A stretch of DNA of 60,065 nucleotides, from the IMG/VR virus record IMGVR_UViG_3300033109_000118, positions 1 to 60,065 of that record; one strand, 5' to 3'. The translations under genes were made by a program, and so were the position numbers. Below the pieces are notes generated by a model. It saw only the letters and a program-made list of their open reading frames with translations. It did no database searches and was not told the origin of the DNA. This stretch comes from a virus. Lineage: Duplodnaviria; Caudoviricetes. Every line of letters starts with the position of its first letter. Positions within the stretch are counted from its first letter, which is position 1. Positions 34,522-43,179 of this stretch are shown here, one piece after another.

Positions 34522-34742
34522 GACTGGCGCCTCCACTGCATGAAGATGCCCTTGATGTAGACCAGCGTGTAGGCTGCTACCAGCACGCCAAGGCCCCAGC
34601 CCTCGGACTGCCAGGCGAAGATGGCCCAGAACGGCTGTCCAGCCAGCCCGATGACAGGCGCCCAGCGGCGTAGGATCGTGTTGTGGCCCAGGGCGAAATA
34701 GAGGCTGGTCAGACCAAAGGCGGCCAAGAAGAACTGGATCAT
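34518..34742 (-). CDS. Small membrane protein
   Basis: 74 aa, three hydrophobic segments. Confidence 0.65.
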   Translation of the reverse strand: MIQFFLAAFGLTSLYFALGHNTILRRWAPVIGLAGQPFWAIFAWQSEGWGLGVLVAAYTLVYIKGIFMQWRRQS

Positions 34743-35146
34743 GTGGCCGGCTCCAACTGATTGCCGCGTGCGGCGTCACTTTGGGGCATCTTCTCGAAGT
34801 GGAAGACGATGCGCATGCCAGTCTCTTGCACCAGGCCATAGCGGACGGCATGTCGGTAAGTTGGCTGGTGAGCGCTCAGAACCTCGCATGCGCGCTGCAG
34901 TTTCTTGCGCCATTCCTCAAGGCTCATGCTGTGCTTGTCGATGTTGCATGGCGGGCAAGCCGGCATCAGGTTATCGATGCAGTCGTTCTCCGGCCGCTCC
35001 ATGCTGCCGTCCTTCTTCCAAAAATTACGCCGCACGCTCTCGAAGTGGTCGGCATGCCAGCGATCGCCCAACGGTTGACCGCAGTAGGCGCACAGGCCAT
35101 CGAACCTGCTTCGCAAGGTCTCGCGCTGGGCCTTAGTTAGTTTCAT
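34739..35146 (-). CDS. HNH endonuclease
   Basis: CAYCG..ADH..NLMPACPPCNIDK. Confidence 0.88.
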   Translation of the reverse strand: MKLTKAQRETLRSRFDGLCAYCGQPLGDRWHADHFESVRRNFWKKDGSMERPENDCIDNLMPACPPCNIDKHSMSLEEWRKKLQRACEVLSAHQPTYRHAVRYGLVQETGMRIVFHFEKMPQSDAARGNQLEPAT

Positions 35147-35397
35147 GCCCGTGCCTCCCACCGTGCCCATGCCGTCTTGAACTCGGCATCCACCTCGCGC
35201 TGTACCTGCGCTGCCTTGGCGTCAATAAACAGGTCTTGGCGTGCCGTGGCAGCCAGCGAAGCGGCTTGCACGTCATACCCGAACAGGTCGCGCTCGACTT
35301 CCGGCACCGGCTTGACTGCTTTGGCGCATACCGGGCCGAAGCCACCCCAGCGGATTGGGTCTTTGATTGGCCTGTGACACTTGAGGCAGGTGCTCAT
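35143..35397 (-). CDS. Small zinc-finger protein (DUF6011-like)
   Basis: CLKCHRPI..GFGPVC. Confidence 0.65.
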   Translation of the reverse strand: MSTCLKCHRPIKDPIRWGGFGPVCAKAVKPVPEVERDLFGYDVQAASLAATARQDLFIDAKAAQVQREVDAEFKTAWARWEARA

Positions 35398-36515
35398 GCG
35401 GCCATCCTTTCCGGCTGCTCACACAGTCCATAGGACGATGAGCAACCATCCGACTCATCCAGATCGTTCAGCAGGCTGTACTGCTGCCCTCCCCTGGTGG
35501 TCTTGGACCACTCGATGCGGGACCAGATGTTGAGGTCAGCGAAGATCTCGCGGCGGTCTTTGGCATCGTTGCCGTCCGCAAAGAAGGTGGGAAACCCGCG
35601 CTTGCTGGCCATGCCAACCAGAATTTCCCAATCGCTGATGCGCTGCATGTGTGCCGGGAATCGGCGTGCCATCTCGCGCAGTTCATCCTTGCCGGCGTTG
35701 ATGCACGGGAAGCAGCCCACCCGGCCCATGCCCATGGAATACAGCGGGTTGGACATGATCTCGTTTAACGTGGCGTGGTCGACCGCCTGCTGAGCAGTCC
35801 ACTCCACGATGGGTCGGTAGATAAACAGATTGGGTGCTACGCGCTCAAACCGCTTGGCATTGCGACGGTTCTCCGACTCATCGCGCCGAACGCCCTGCCA
35901 GCTGACAACGGTGTGGCCCTGGTCCATGAGCTCCATCTGGAACTCGACTGCCATGTTGCGCTTGAGTTCTTCAGTGCAAAACTGCGCCTTGCGGCTTGGG
36001 AATCGGCCTTTCCAGAGGCACAGGTCCAGGAAGACATTGCCGCTTGGATGCAGCACGGACAGGGCCCGGCGCTTGGCCTTGTTGGACCAGCGTACTTTCT
36101 GGCCGCTGCACTTGACCATCTTGGGAACACCCTCCAGGTCAAGCACGTCCTTGCCGCCCTTGCGCTTCCAGACCATACGCAGCTGGATGTCGCCATCGTT
36201 GGTCTTGCGGTAGACGATGTTGCCGGCCTGGTCAGTCTTCGGGCGCAGTTTGTATTTCCGCTTCGTGCGCTGGTCGTTCGCCACAAACACCCGCTTGCTG
36301 GCGATCTGCTCCGTGAAGTCTGCCTTGAGGCGATGTATTTTGATGTCCAGCCGTTCCTCCAAATAGTCGAGGTACTGGTGGGTCAGTTCGTGCTCGTTCC
36401 CGGTGTCGCAGAAGATGGCGATGATCCGATCCAGGCCGAACCTGGCAATGGCGATCAGCAGCGTGGCCAAGCTGTCCTTGCCGCCACTGACGGAGACGAC
36501 ATGCTTGATGCTCAT
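35394..36515 (-). CDS. PAPS-reductase family protein
   Basis: SGGKDS PP-loop, DTGNE, FCT, GVRRDES, RVGCFPC, C-terminal CSSSYGLCE. Confidence 0.9.
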   Translation of the reverse strand: MSIKHVVSVSGGKDSLATLLIAIARFGLDRIIAIFCDTGNEHELTHQYLDYLEERLDIKIHRLKADFTEQIASKRVFVANDQRTKRKYKLRPKTDQAGNIVYRKTNDGDIQLRMVWKRKGGKDVLDLEGVPKMVKCSGQKVRWSNKAKRRALSVLHPSGNVFLDLCLWKGRFPSRKAQFCTEELKRNMAVEFQMELMDQGHTVVSWQGVRRDESENRRNAKRFERVAPNLFIYRPIVEWTAQQAVDHATLNEIMSNPLYSMGMGRVGCFPCINAGKDELREMARRFPAHMQRISDWEILVGMASKRGFPTFFADGNDAKDRREIFADLNIWSRIEWSKTTRGGQQYSLLNDLDESDGCSSSYGLCEQPERMAA

Positions 36516-36748
36516 GCCGCCTCTCCCGGTATCGGCTCATCGTTGGCGGCCGGAAAGCCTGCAGTCAATATGGATTTGCACCGGGCCAGTTCGCTTTCAT
36601 GAATCACCCGGGCATGGCGCAGGCCTTCCACCATGCCAGGCAGTGTCTTGAAGCGACCGGCGAGTCTGGCTCGATCGAAACCGAACAGGCGCTGCAGCTG
36701 TTCTTGGCTGTTCAGCATGTCGGCGCAGGTTTGCTGGAGGTGCGTCAT
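36512..36748 (-). CDS. Hypothetical protein
   Basis: Start MTHLQQ after AGGAG; ATGA overlaps. Confidence 0.55.
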   Translation of the reverse strand: MTHLQQTCADMLNSQEQLQRLFGFDRARLAGRFKTLPGMVEGLRHARVIHESELARCKSILTAGFPAANDEPIPGEAA

Positions 36749-37245
36749 GCAATCTCCTTGAGCAGCCAGTGCCCTATCAGCACGGCCTCGGCGCGGTTGT
36801 GGTCCTTGACCCTGGTGACGGGTGCGTTCGGGTACAGGCGAAGGCAGCAGGCCCGGCTGGCGTCCTTCTCGCTGGCCAGCCCAAACAACTTTTTCCACTC
36901 GCGCGGATTGACCATGTGCATGCCGCCCGGACCCAACTTGGCGGCGATCAGCGCGCGCAGCACGCCGAAGGTGTCGAACTGGCTGGCCACGGTCTGCGCC
37001 GGCAGCTTGGGCATAGGGATCGGGCGCTCGATGGCGGCGCGCACGCTGTGTTGGGCGAACTCGTAGCGGCTGGACCAGTTGGCCAGGATGCGCTGCAGGG
37101 CCTCGGCGTCAACCCAGTTGCGCATGCTGCCGCTGGCCGTGCCGTTGCCGCAGGTCGGGATGTCTTCGCACTCCAGCAGGCCGCGCTGGCCACACAGCAG
37201 GGAAATTGCACCGGTCAAGCCGGGATCGACGCCAATGATCAGCAT
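36745..37245 (-). CDS. RuvC-like Holliday junction resolvase
   Basis: IIGVDPGLTGA, IE, P.EWKK, RAEAVLI. Confidence 0.85.
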   Translation of the reverse strand: MLIIGVDPGLTGAISLLCGQRGLLECEDIPTCGNGTASGSMRNWVDAEALQRILANWSSRYEFAQHSVRAAIERPIPMPKLPAQTVASQFDTFGVLRALIAAKLGPGGMHMVNPREWKKLFGLASEKDASRACCLRLYPNAPVTRVKDHNRAEAVLIGHWLLKEIA

Positions 37246-37445
37246 GTGACCTCCCAGTGTTTTGCCGTGCGACGGATGATTTCGTCGGCGGGATAGAAGT
37301 CGACGACTTGCACAATGGCTGTTTGACGCACTGGCGCGTGTGGCGCATGTCCAGCCTTTGTGAACACCAACACCTCGGCCACCTTGGGCATGTTGGGAAC
37401 AGTGCAGGGCTGGTCCTGCACGGGTTGGGTTGTGTTGGTGGTCAT
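37239..37445 (-). CDS. Hypothetical protein
   Basis: 68-aa coupled ORF. Confidence 0.5.
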   Translation of the reverse strand: MTTNTTQPVQDQPCTVPNMPKVAEVLVFTKAGHAPHAPVRQTAIVQVVDFYPADEIIRRTAKHWEVTC

Positions 37446-38284
37446 GCCGTCATCCTTTCAGGGATGGCATAGCGGGCATGTCCAATGCGTGTAAAACGGC
37501 TGGGATGCTGCAACACCTGCCGGACCTTGGCTTTCCAGTGTGGGTTGTCGCTTGGCCGCTTGGGCTGAATGGCGCTGTAGACGTGCTCCAGATCAGCTTC
37601 GCCTCCCAGCGCCACGATGATTTCGTGCACCACGCCATACCATGTGCCGCGCGTGTCGCGTGCGCCGGCTACGGCCTGCTGCCAGCGCTGCTCGATGGCG
37701 CGGATTTCCTGAGCCTCGCGGTACAGCAGGAAGCCGTCCAGCCGGCGCGCGCGATCCTTCGTGAAGGTGGCGAAGACCAGTTGCAGCTTGAGACGCGGAA
37801 ACAGGTTGCGCGGCAGCATCTTCTGACTGATGCTGAACTTGGCAGCCATGCGCTCTACCTTGCTGCTGGTCTGCATTACATAGGCCGGCAGAATCAGGCC
37901 GGCCCGGCCACCTTCGGCAAGAAGCTGGGCGCTGCGATCCAGGAAGCCCGCGATCAGATCGGCCTGGAATGGCGGGTTGCCGATGATGGCCTGCACCTGC
38001 CCGAGGTGGGTCAGGTCCACACCAAGGAAGTCGCCGACAATCACGGGCCGGCCGCTGGCGGCTTGGGCGCGTGCGGCGACCACGGGGTCGATCTCCACAC
38101 CGGTTGCGTTCCAGGCCTCGGGCATGGTGCACAGGAAGGCGCCGTCACCGCAGGACGGTTCCACCACGTTGGCGCCGGCCGGCAACCATGCAAATTCCTG
38201 TTCCACGATCTGCTCTGCCGCCCAGCTGGGCGTGAACCACTGGCCGAGGTCGGCTGGTGTAGGTAGGTTAAAAAGGTCAGTCAC
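37442..38284 (-). CDS. Amino (N6-adenine) DNA methyltransferase, gamma-type order
   Basis: GQWFTP, VEPSCGDGAF, IGNPPF. Confidence 0.88.
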   Translation of the reverse strand: MTDLFNLPTPADLGQWFTPSWAAEQIVEQEFAWLPAGANVVEPSCGDGAFLCTMPEAWNATGVEIDPVVAARAQAASGRPVIVGDFLGVDLTHLGQVQAIIGNPPFQADLIAGFLDRSAQLLAEGGRAGLILPAYVMQTSSKVERMAAKFSISQKMLPRNLFPRLKLQLVFATFTKDRARRLDGFLLYREAQEIRAIEQRWQQAVAGARDTRGTWYGVVHEIIVALGGEADLEHVYSAIQPKRPSDNPHWKAKVRQVLQHPSRFTRIGHARYAIPERMTA

Positions 38285-39726
38285 AGCGCTTTCCCCCCAC
38301 CCTTGACGATGACCTTGCTGGACGGGATTTCGACCTCTGCCGGCCAGTCAGAAAACTGCGTGCGTTCGCCGATGTACTGGGCGATGACGTCCGCTGTCTC
38401 GCCGTCGCGCTGCTTGGCGATGATGATTTCGGCGTAGTACTTCCATTCCGGCATTAGGTCCGGCTTGGCCACGATGGGTCGGTGCACGAAAAGGATGACG
38501 TCGGCGTCCTGTTCGATGTCGCCGCATTCCCGCAGGTCGGCCAGGATCGGCCTGTTGTTCGTGCGTTTCTCGACTTCGCGGTTCAACTGGGCCAGCAGCA
38601 GCACGGTGATACCTAGTTCCTTGGCCAGTGCCTTGATGCCGCGGCTAACCTCGCCCAGTTGGGTCGCGCGGTTGGCTTTGCGGTCGGTGCCGTCCATGAG
38701 GCCGATGTAGTCGATCACCAGCACGCGCAGGCCACTCTTGCGCTTGAGCGCGCGCGCCTTGGCCCTGACCTGGTTGATGTTCATCGCCGACTGATCGGTG
38801 ACGTGGACCGGCAGGCGGCGCATGCGTTCAATGGCGGCCGTGAACTGGGACCAGTCGTTGTCGCTCATGCGTTCCGGGCGCCGGATCTTGTGCAGCGGCA
38901 CCTTGCTGTGCATCGAGGCACGGCGGTTGTTGACCTGCAGCTTCGGCATTTCCATGGACATCACGCCCACCGGCGCGTCGTGCTTGTCGGCAACATGCTC
39001 GCCAATGCTCAGCGCCAGACTGGTCTTGCCCATGCCGGGCCGGCCGGCAATGACGATGACCTCGCCTTCGCGCATGCCTCCATCCAGCTTGTTGTCGAGC
39101 GCCGTGATGCCAGTGGGCAGAAAGTCCTCATGGCCGTCGCTGCGCTTTTGGATGTGATCGAGGACTTCAGTGATCCCGTCGTCTGCGCTCTGCCACTCGT
39201 CGACGGCGCGCGTCTTGGCCGATTGCCCGATCTGGAAAATCTTCTGCTCGGCCTCGTCCAGAATGTTGACCACAGGCTTGCCGTCCGGGTTGAAGGCGGC
39301 GGCGGCGATCTCGTCGCTGGCGGCCACCAGCTTGCGCAGGACGGAGCGCTCGCGCACGATCTCGGCGTAGCGGCGGATATTGCCGGCGCTGGGCATGTAC
39401 TGCGCCAGCGAGTTCAGGTAGCCGAGACCGCCGATTTCGGCAGCGTTTCCGGTTCCCTGCAGGTGGCTGTAGACCGTCACCACGTCGGCCGCCTTGTTGG
39501 CGTTGATCAGCTGCGCCATGCTGGTGAAGATCAGCCTGTGCTCGCGGCGGTAGAAGTCGGCTTCGGTCAGGATGTCGCCGATGCGGTCCCAGGCGCCGTT
39601 GTCCAGCAACAGGCCGCCCAGCACGCTGGATTCGGCTTCGATGCTGTGTGGCGGCACGCGCAGCTGGGCGATTTCGCTGTCCGCGGCTTCCATCACTTCG
39701 GGTTCGGTCAGGGTACGGGCGGTCAT
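38281..39726 (-). CDS. dnaB: Replicative DNA helicase
   Basis: PPHSIEAE, GRPGMGKT, IDYIGLM, QLNR, DLRECGDIEQDAD, IIAKQRDG. Confidence 0.96.
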   Translation of the reverse strand: MTARTLTEPEVMEAADSEIAQLRVPPHSIEAESSVLGGLLLDNGAWDRIGDILTEADFYRREHRLIFTSMAQLINANKAADVVTVYSHLQGTGNAAEIGGLGYLNSLAQYMPSAGNIRRYAEIVRERSVLRKLVAASDEIAAAAFNPDGKPVVNILDEAEQKIFQIGQSAKTRAVDEWQSADDGITEVLDHIQKRSDGHEDFLPTGITALDNKLDGGMREGEVIVIAGRPGMGKTSLALSIGEHVADKHDAPVGVMSMEMPKLQVNNRRASMHSKVPLHKIRRPERMSDNDWSQFTAAIERMRRLPVHVTDQSAMNINQVRAKARALKRKSGLRVLVIDYIGLMDGTDRKANRATQLGEVSRGIKALAKELGITVLLLAQLNREVEKRTNNRPILADLRECGDIEQDADVILFVHRPIVAKPDLMPEWKYYAEIIIAKQRDGETADVIAQYIGERTQFSDWPAEVEIPSSKVIVKGGGKAL

Positions 39727-40520
39727 GCTGTTTGTTCCTCGGCGGTGGTCTGCTCGATGACCTTCTGCATGCCATTGGCCGACAGTAGGTATTCAAAGGT
39801 GCAGCGCCAGTTCTGGTGATCTGGTGAGCGCGGACCTCGGCCCATCAGGAAATCGCTAGCACGTGCCCGGGTAAAGAAGTCACGTGCCCAGTTCAGGAAT
39901 TCGGCATCATTGGTTGCGCGTCGCGTTCCGTCTCTGCGAGTAGTTGTCAGAACCCAGTCGCGGAAATCTTTGGCAGCCTGCTGGCGGTTGGCGTTCATTA
40001 CCTCCACGCCAGGCAATTCCGGCAATACCTCGTGCCACAGATCGATCAGGGCCCGCATCCAGGTCGGCAGTTCAGCCGACAAGGGAGCTTTAGCTCCCCT
40101 TCTCTTGGGTTTGGAGACTGGTGTCTGGTTACTGGGAGCATTGCCATCGCTTTGCGTTCGCATTGCGTTTGTAGATGCGTTTGCATTGCCATCGGATTGC
40201 GTTCGTTGTGCGCTCCAACGTGCGTCTGCACTGGCTTTTGCCTTCGCTTGCTTGTCCAGATAACGTGCGATTTCACGGTCACAGCGATCCTGGGACCAGC
40301 CTGATTCAGTGCGCTGGAAGAACTCTTGCAGCACAGCCAGCAGGGCCTCTTTTTCTTCCTTTGACCGTGCACCAATCAGTCGCGCCACCTGGTCATCGGG
40401 CAAAGCGGATTCACGCGTGTAATACACATCCAGCAGGCGGGTATAGATGCCATGCTCGAGAAGGGACAGGTGCGCCGTGTCCTTGAGGTAATCCCCAATG
40501 TGGCGCTCGTAGTAGTTCAC
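39723..40520 (-). CDS. Replication initiator (DUF1376/YdaU-like)
   Basis: MNYYERHIGDY..HLSLLEHGIY.RLLD.YY; upstream of dnaB. Confidence 0.85.
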   Translation of the reverse strand: MNYYERHIGDYLKDTAHLSLLEHGIYTRLLDVYYTRESALPDDQVARLIGARSKEEKEALLAVLQEFFQRTESGWSQDRCDREIARYLDKQAKAKASADARWSAQRTQSDGNANASTNAMRTQSDGNAPSNQTPVSKPKRRGAKAPLSAELPTWMRALIDLWHEVLPELPGVEVMNANRQQAAKDFRDWVLTTTRRDGTRRATNDAEFLNWARDFFTRARASDFLMGRGPRSPDHQNWRCTFEYLLSANGMQKVIEQTTAEEQTA

Positions 40521-40783
40521 GCCGCCTGCCTTTCCAGCAACCAGATCCGGTCCTTGTCACCCTGATCGGCAAAGAAGCAAGGCGACAGGCCGGCGGCCTG
40601 CTCCATCTTGGCTACCTGTGCCGCGCTACGGGCTGCAATGGCTAGGTTCTGGGCCTGTAGCCATCCTTCGGCTTCCTCACGGTTGCCGTTGGCCATTGCC
40701 TCCAGCATCAGACGGCCGCAGTCTTGGATGTGCTGTTCGCGCTCGTCGTCGCTCATTTCGGCTGGGGTTGTCAGCATGATCAA
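40517..40783 (-). CDS. Hypothetical protein
   Basis: Coupled 88-aa ORF. Confidence 0.6.
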   Translation of the reverse strand: MIMLTTPAEMSDDEREQHIQDCGRLMLEAMANGNREEAEGWLQAQNLAIAARSAAQVAKMEQAAGLSPCFFADQGDKDRIWLLERQAA

Positions 40784-40938
40784 TCCCTTGCAGAGAGTGA
40801 TGAAAGCGTGCAGCTGATCTCAATCAGCGTCCAGGCACATGCTTGTGGCCAATCCTTGTTCAGCATCGCCACGCAGGCCATGACGATTGCCCCAATCGAG
40901 GCGACCAGAAGAATGACCCGGAAAATGGTTTTCAGCAT
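40780..40938 (-). CDS. Small membrane protein (52 aa, absent from the ORF track)
   Basis: MLKTIFRVILLVASIGAIV..., AGGAG RBS, fills the gap in the operon. Confidence 0.5.
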   Translation of the reverse strand: MLKTIFRVILLVASIGAIVMACVAMLNKDWPQACAWTLIEISCTLSSLSARD

Positions 40939-41186
40939 GATTCGTCTCCTGCCCGGCAAGCGGCCTCAAGGGTCGAAAATCCATGGATGGCTTCGCCCAG
41001 ACGCACGTTGGGTACGTCCCAAGGCTTCAAGCACTCAGGCACCGGGCCAGTGGCGCGGTAGGCCTGGAAATAGCGGTCAAAGATGCCGATGCGGCTGTAC
41101 TCGGCAACCCATACCGGCTTGCTGTTGTGCAGCCATACGGGCTTGCCGTAGGCACGCTTGGTCAGGGTGAAGTTGGAGGTGCTCAT
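40932..41186 (-). CDS. Hypothetical protein
   Basis: Start MSTSNF with ATGA overlap. Confidence 0.55.
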   Translation of the reverse strand: MSTSNFTLTKRAYGKPVWLHNSKPVWVAEYSRIGIFDRYFQAYRATGPVPECLKPWDVPNVRLGEAIHGFSTLEAACRAGDESC

Positions 41187-42094
41187 GACGGCACTCCGTC
41201 CCAGGTGCGGCCGTCGAGCAGGCGGCCGGCAACAGCTTTGCCAAAGCGCTGTAACGGTTCGTCCAGGGCATTCGGAGTGGCCAGTGCTGCACCATCGTTC
41301 CTGCTTCGGTCGTAGGGCGCCCACTCTCCCCACTGCTTGAACAGGAACGGAACGCCAGCAGCCTGGCACTGGTCGCGCAGGCTGCGGGCCCAGTCCGGGT
41401 GCATAGGGCGCGCACCGTGGCCGCTCTCGCCGCCGACGATCACCCAGTCAATGCGCTCAGCCCTGCATCCATCGCCATGGCCATCACTTACCCAGCCGAG
41501 CAGCGGATGCAGATATGGTTGTCCTTCGCCGAGGCCCGTGCTGTTGTAGATGGTTTCCAGATCCACCGCCCCCAGCAACGGCTCCATGCTCAGAAAGTGC
41601 TTGGCCGCCGGCACGGCCAGCAGCTTGGGAATGTCGCGGTCGGCCTCTTCCTGGTTGACGATGGTGGCGCCGATCCAGACGTTGCTGGGCAGGCCTGAAA
41701 GGCCCTGCTCTTCGAGCATCCTGGCGACGTTTCCAATGCGCTTGGTGAGCAGTAGCCAGCAGAGGTGGGGCGTCCGTTCGATAAGCTCGAAGAACCGCGT
41801 GCGCACGCCGGCCGGCCAGTTCTTGTCAAACGGGTCGCACATCGATGGGAACACACGCGGGGTTGTCCCGGCATCAGCGGCGCGGCGATTCCAGCGCATC
41901 GGCTCATTCCAGTGGTGATCGCCGAACTCGCGCATCGGAGCGCCGTTCCAGCCGGTGCCGAAGCGATGGGCCAGCACCCTGGCATAACAGTTATCACAGC
42001 CTCCCCCGCCGGTCTCGGCTTTCGATACCTCAGTGCATCCCCAAACAGGGGACCAAGTGTGGTCGCACCACTCGATCTTGGTATTTGCGCTCAT
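41183..42094 (-). CDS. DUF5131 (phage Gp37/Gp68) three-Cys radical-SAM-like protein
   Basis: TKIEWCDHTW.P..GC..CDNCYA, LLLTKR, FLSMEPLLG, DWVIVGGESG, PFLFKQWG. Confidence 0.9.
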   Translation of the reverse strand: MSANTKIEWCDHTWSPVWGCTEVSKAETGGGGCDNCYARVLAHRFGTGWNGAPMREFGDHHWNEPMRWNRRAADAGTTPRVFPSMCDPFDKNWPAGVRTRFFELIERTPHLCWLLLTKRIGNVARMLEEQGLSGLPSNVWIGATIVNQEEADRDIPKLLAVPAAKHFLSMEPLLGAVDLETIYNSTGLGEGQPYLHPLLGWVSDGHGDGCRAERIDWVIVGGESGHGARPMHPDWARSLRDQCQAAGVPFLFKQWGEWAPYDRSRNDGAALATPNALDEPLQRFGKAVAGRLLDGRTWDGVPS

Positions 42095-42348
42095 GCCAGT
42101 CCCCGATTCAGAATCGCCATCGTCCGGTCACCCTCTTCCCGCGTCGGGATCGGCGTGTTGAAGCGATCTGCCTTGTTGTCCCGGAGGCTGGCCAGCACCT
42201 TCTCGCGTTGTGTACGCTTGGGCTTCGGGCCGCGCTTATTCGGCTGTGCGCACATGGCTGGTATGGCCTTCGGCCGGCTCAAGATGTCGAAGGGTGAATG
42301 GTCGGGCAGGCCCAGGGCTGCGAAGTCGGTATCGAAGGCGTCTTTCAT
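42091..42348 (-). CDS. Hypothetical protein
   Basis: Start MKDAFD; coupled at both ends. Confidence 0.55.
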   Translation of the reverse strand: MKDAFDTDFAALGLPDHSPFDILSRPKAIPAMCAQPNKRGPKPKRTQREKVLASLRDNKADRFNTPIPTREEGDRTMAILNRGLA

Positions 42349-42644
42349 GCCGGCACCTTCTGACCAAGACTTGACCAATGACCGGCCAACCTTTTCAGCT
42401 GCTCTTGCTCGACACTCATGACATGATCAAAACCAAGCAAGGCAATCGCCACGGACTTCTCGACGAACTCGCTCTCGGAGACATTGCGCCCCGTTTCCCG
42501 ACGGATGGCGGCAAGGTGGCGTTCCAGGAGCTCTTTCAACTCGTCACTACAGGCGGCCTTGAGAAAGGCGGTCTTCTTGCCGCCAAGCGAAGCCCTGGCC
42601 AGGGCATGCAGCTCGTTGTCTGGTGTCGCGTGAATGTCGGGCAT
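42345..42644 (-). CDS. Putative CII-position regulator
   Basis: 99 aa, ribbon-helix-helix-like pattern, downstream of cro. Confidence 0.45.
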   Translation of the reverse strand: MPDIHATPDNELHALARASLGGKKTAFLKAACSDELKELLERHLAAIRRETGRNVSESEFVEKSVAIALLGFDHVMSVEQEQLKRLAGHWSSLGQKVPA

Positions 42645-42689
42645 GGTGTTGTCTCGGTGTGGTTGGTAGGTATCTGGTGGGGATCGGCG

Positions 42690-42887
42690 TCACGCCGAGT
42701 CTTCGCCGCTGAGCCAGCGCTGGCGCTCCCAGTAGCAGTGCTGAAAGCAGAAGTGCGCGCGTGTGCCACCTGGATATGGGTTGCTGTCATGGATGGACAG
42801 CTGCTTGTCTGCGGCTTCAAAGGCGCGGCGCCTGATTTCGTCTTTACCGACGATGGGCTCGACCTGCATTTCCATTTCCAGATCCAT
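42690..42887 (-). CDS. Hypothetical protein
   Basis: AGGAG RBS; 65 aa. Confidence 0.55.
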   Translation of the reverse strand: MDLEMEMQVEPIVGKDEIRRRAFEAADKQLSIHDSNPYPGGTRAHFCFQHCYWERQRWLSGEDSA

Positions 42888-42902
42888 GGCGCTTTCTCCT
42901 GC

Positions 42903-43109
42903 TCACTGGGTTGGCTGTTCCTGTGCTTTGTCCTCGCCGATAAGTTCGGGGGGCAGGTGTTTGCGCGCTACCGCAGCCACCACGCGATCGGAGATCCGAG
43001 GTGGCAACTCGTCAGGCCATTGGTTCACGGCCTGGTAAGAAGTACCGATGGCATCAGCTGCAGCTGCGATCGATCCTCCGAGTAGTTCGAGGGCTTTGGC
43101 TTTGAGCAT
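42903..43109 (-). CDS. cro: Cro-like repressor
   Basis: AAADAIGTSYQAVNQW HTH; divergent from cI. Confidence 0.85.
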   Translation of the reverse strand: MLKAKALELLGGSIAAAADAIGTSYQAVNQWPDELPPRISDRVVAAVARKHLPPELIGEDKAQEQPTQ

Positions 43110-43114
43110 TGGCA

Positions 43115-43154
43115 CATTGAATCATGATTCAATGCCAATGTCAAGCATGATTCA
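43115..43154 (-). promoter_or_regulatory. pR/OR: two operators with promoter
   Basis: Perfect palindrome CATTGAATCATGATTCAATG (43115-43134), variant TCAAGCATGATTCA (43141-43154), TTGACA on the minus strand (43144-43139). Confidence 0.85.
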
Positions 43155-43179
43155 GCGCTCAGGGACTACAGTTTCAACC

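Noticed and set aside
35394-36515. Complete Dnd/Ssp phosphorothioation system
   Set aside because: Only the PAPS-reductase-family gene is present; no desulfurase, ATPase or nickase partners recognised.
37442-38284. Restriction-modification system
   Set aside because: Both MTases lack an adjacent recognisable restriction endonuclease; orphan anti-restriction MTases are the simpler reading.
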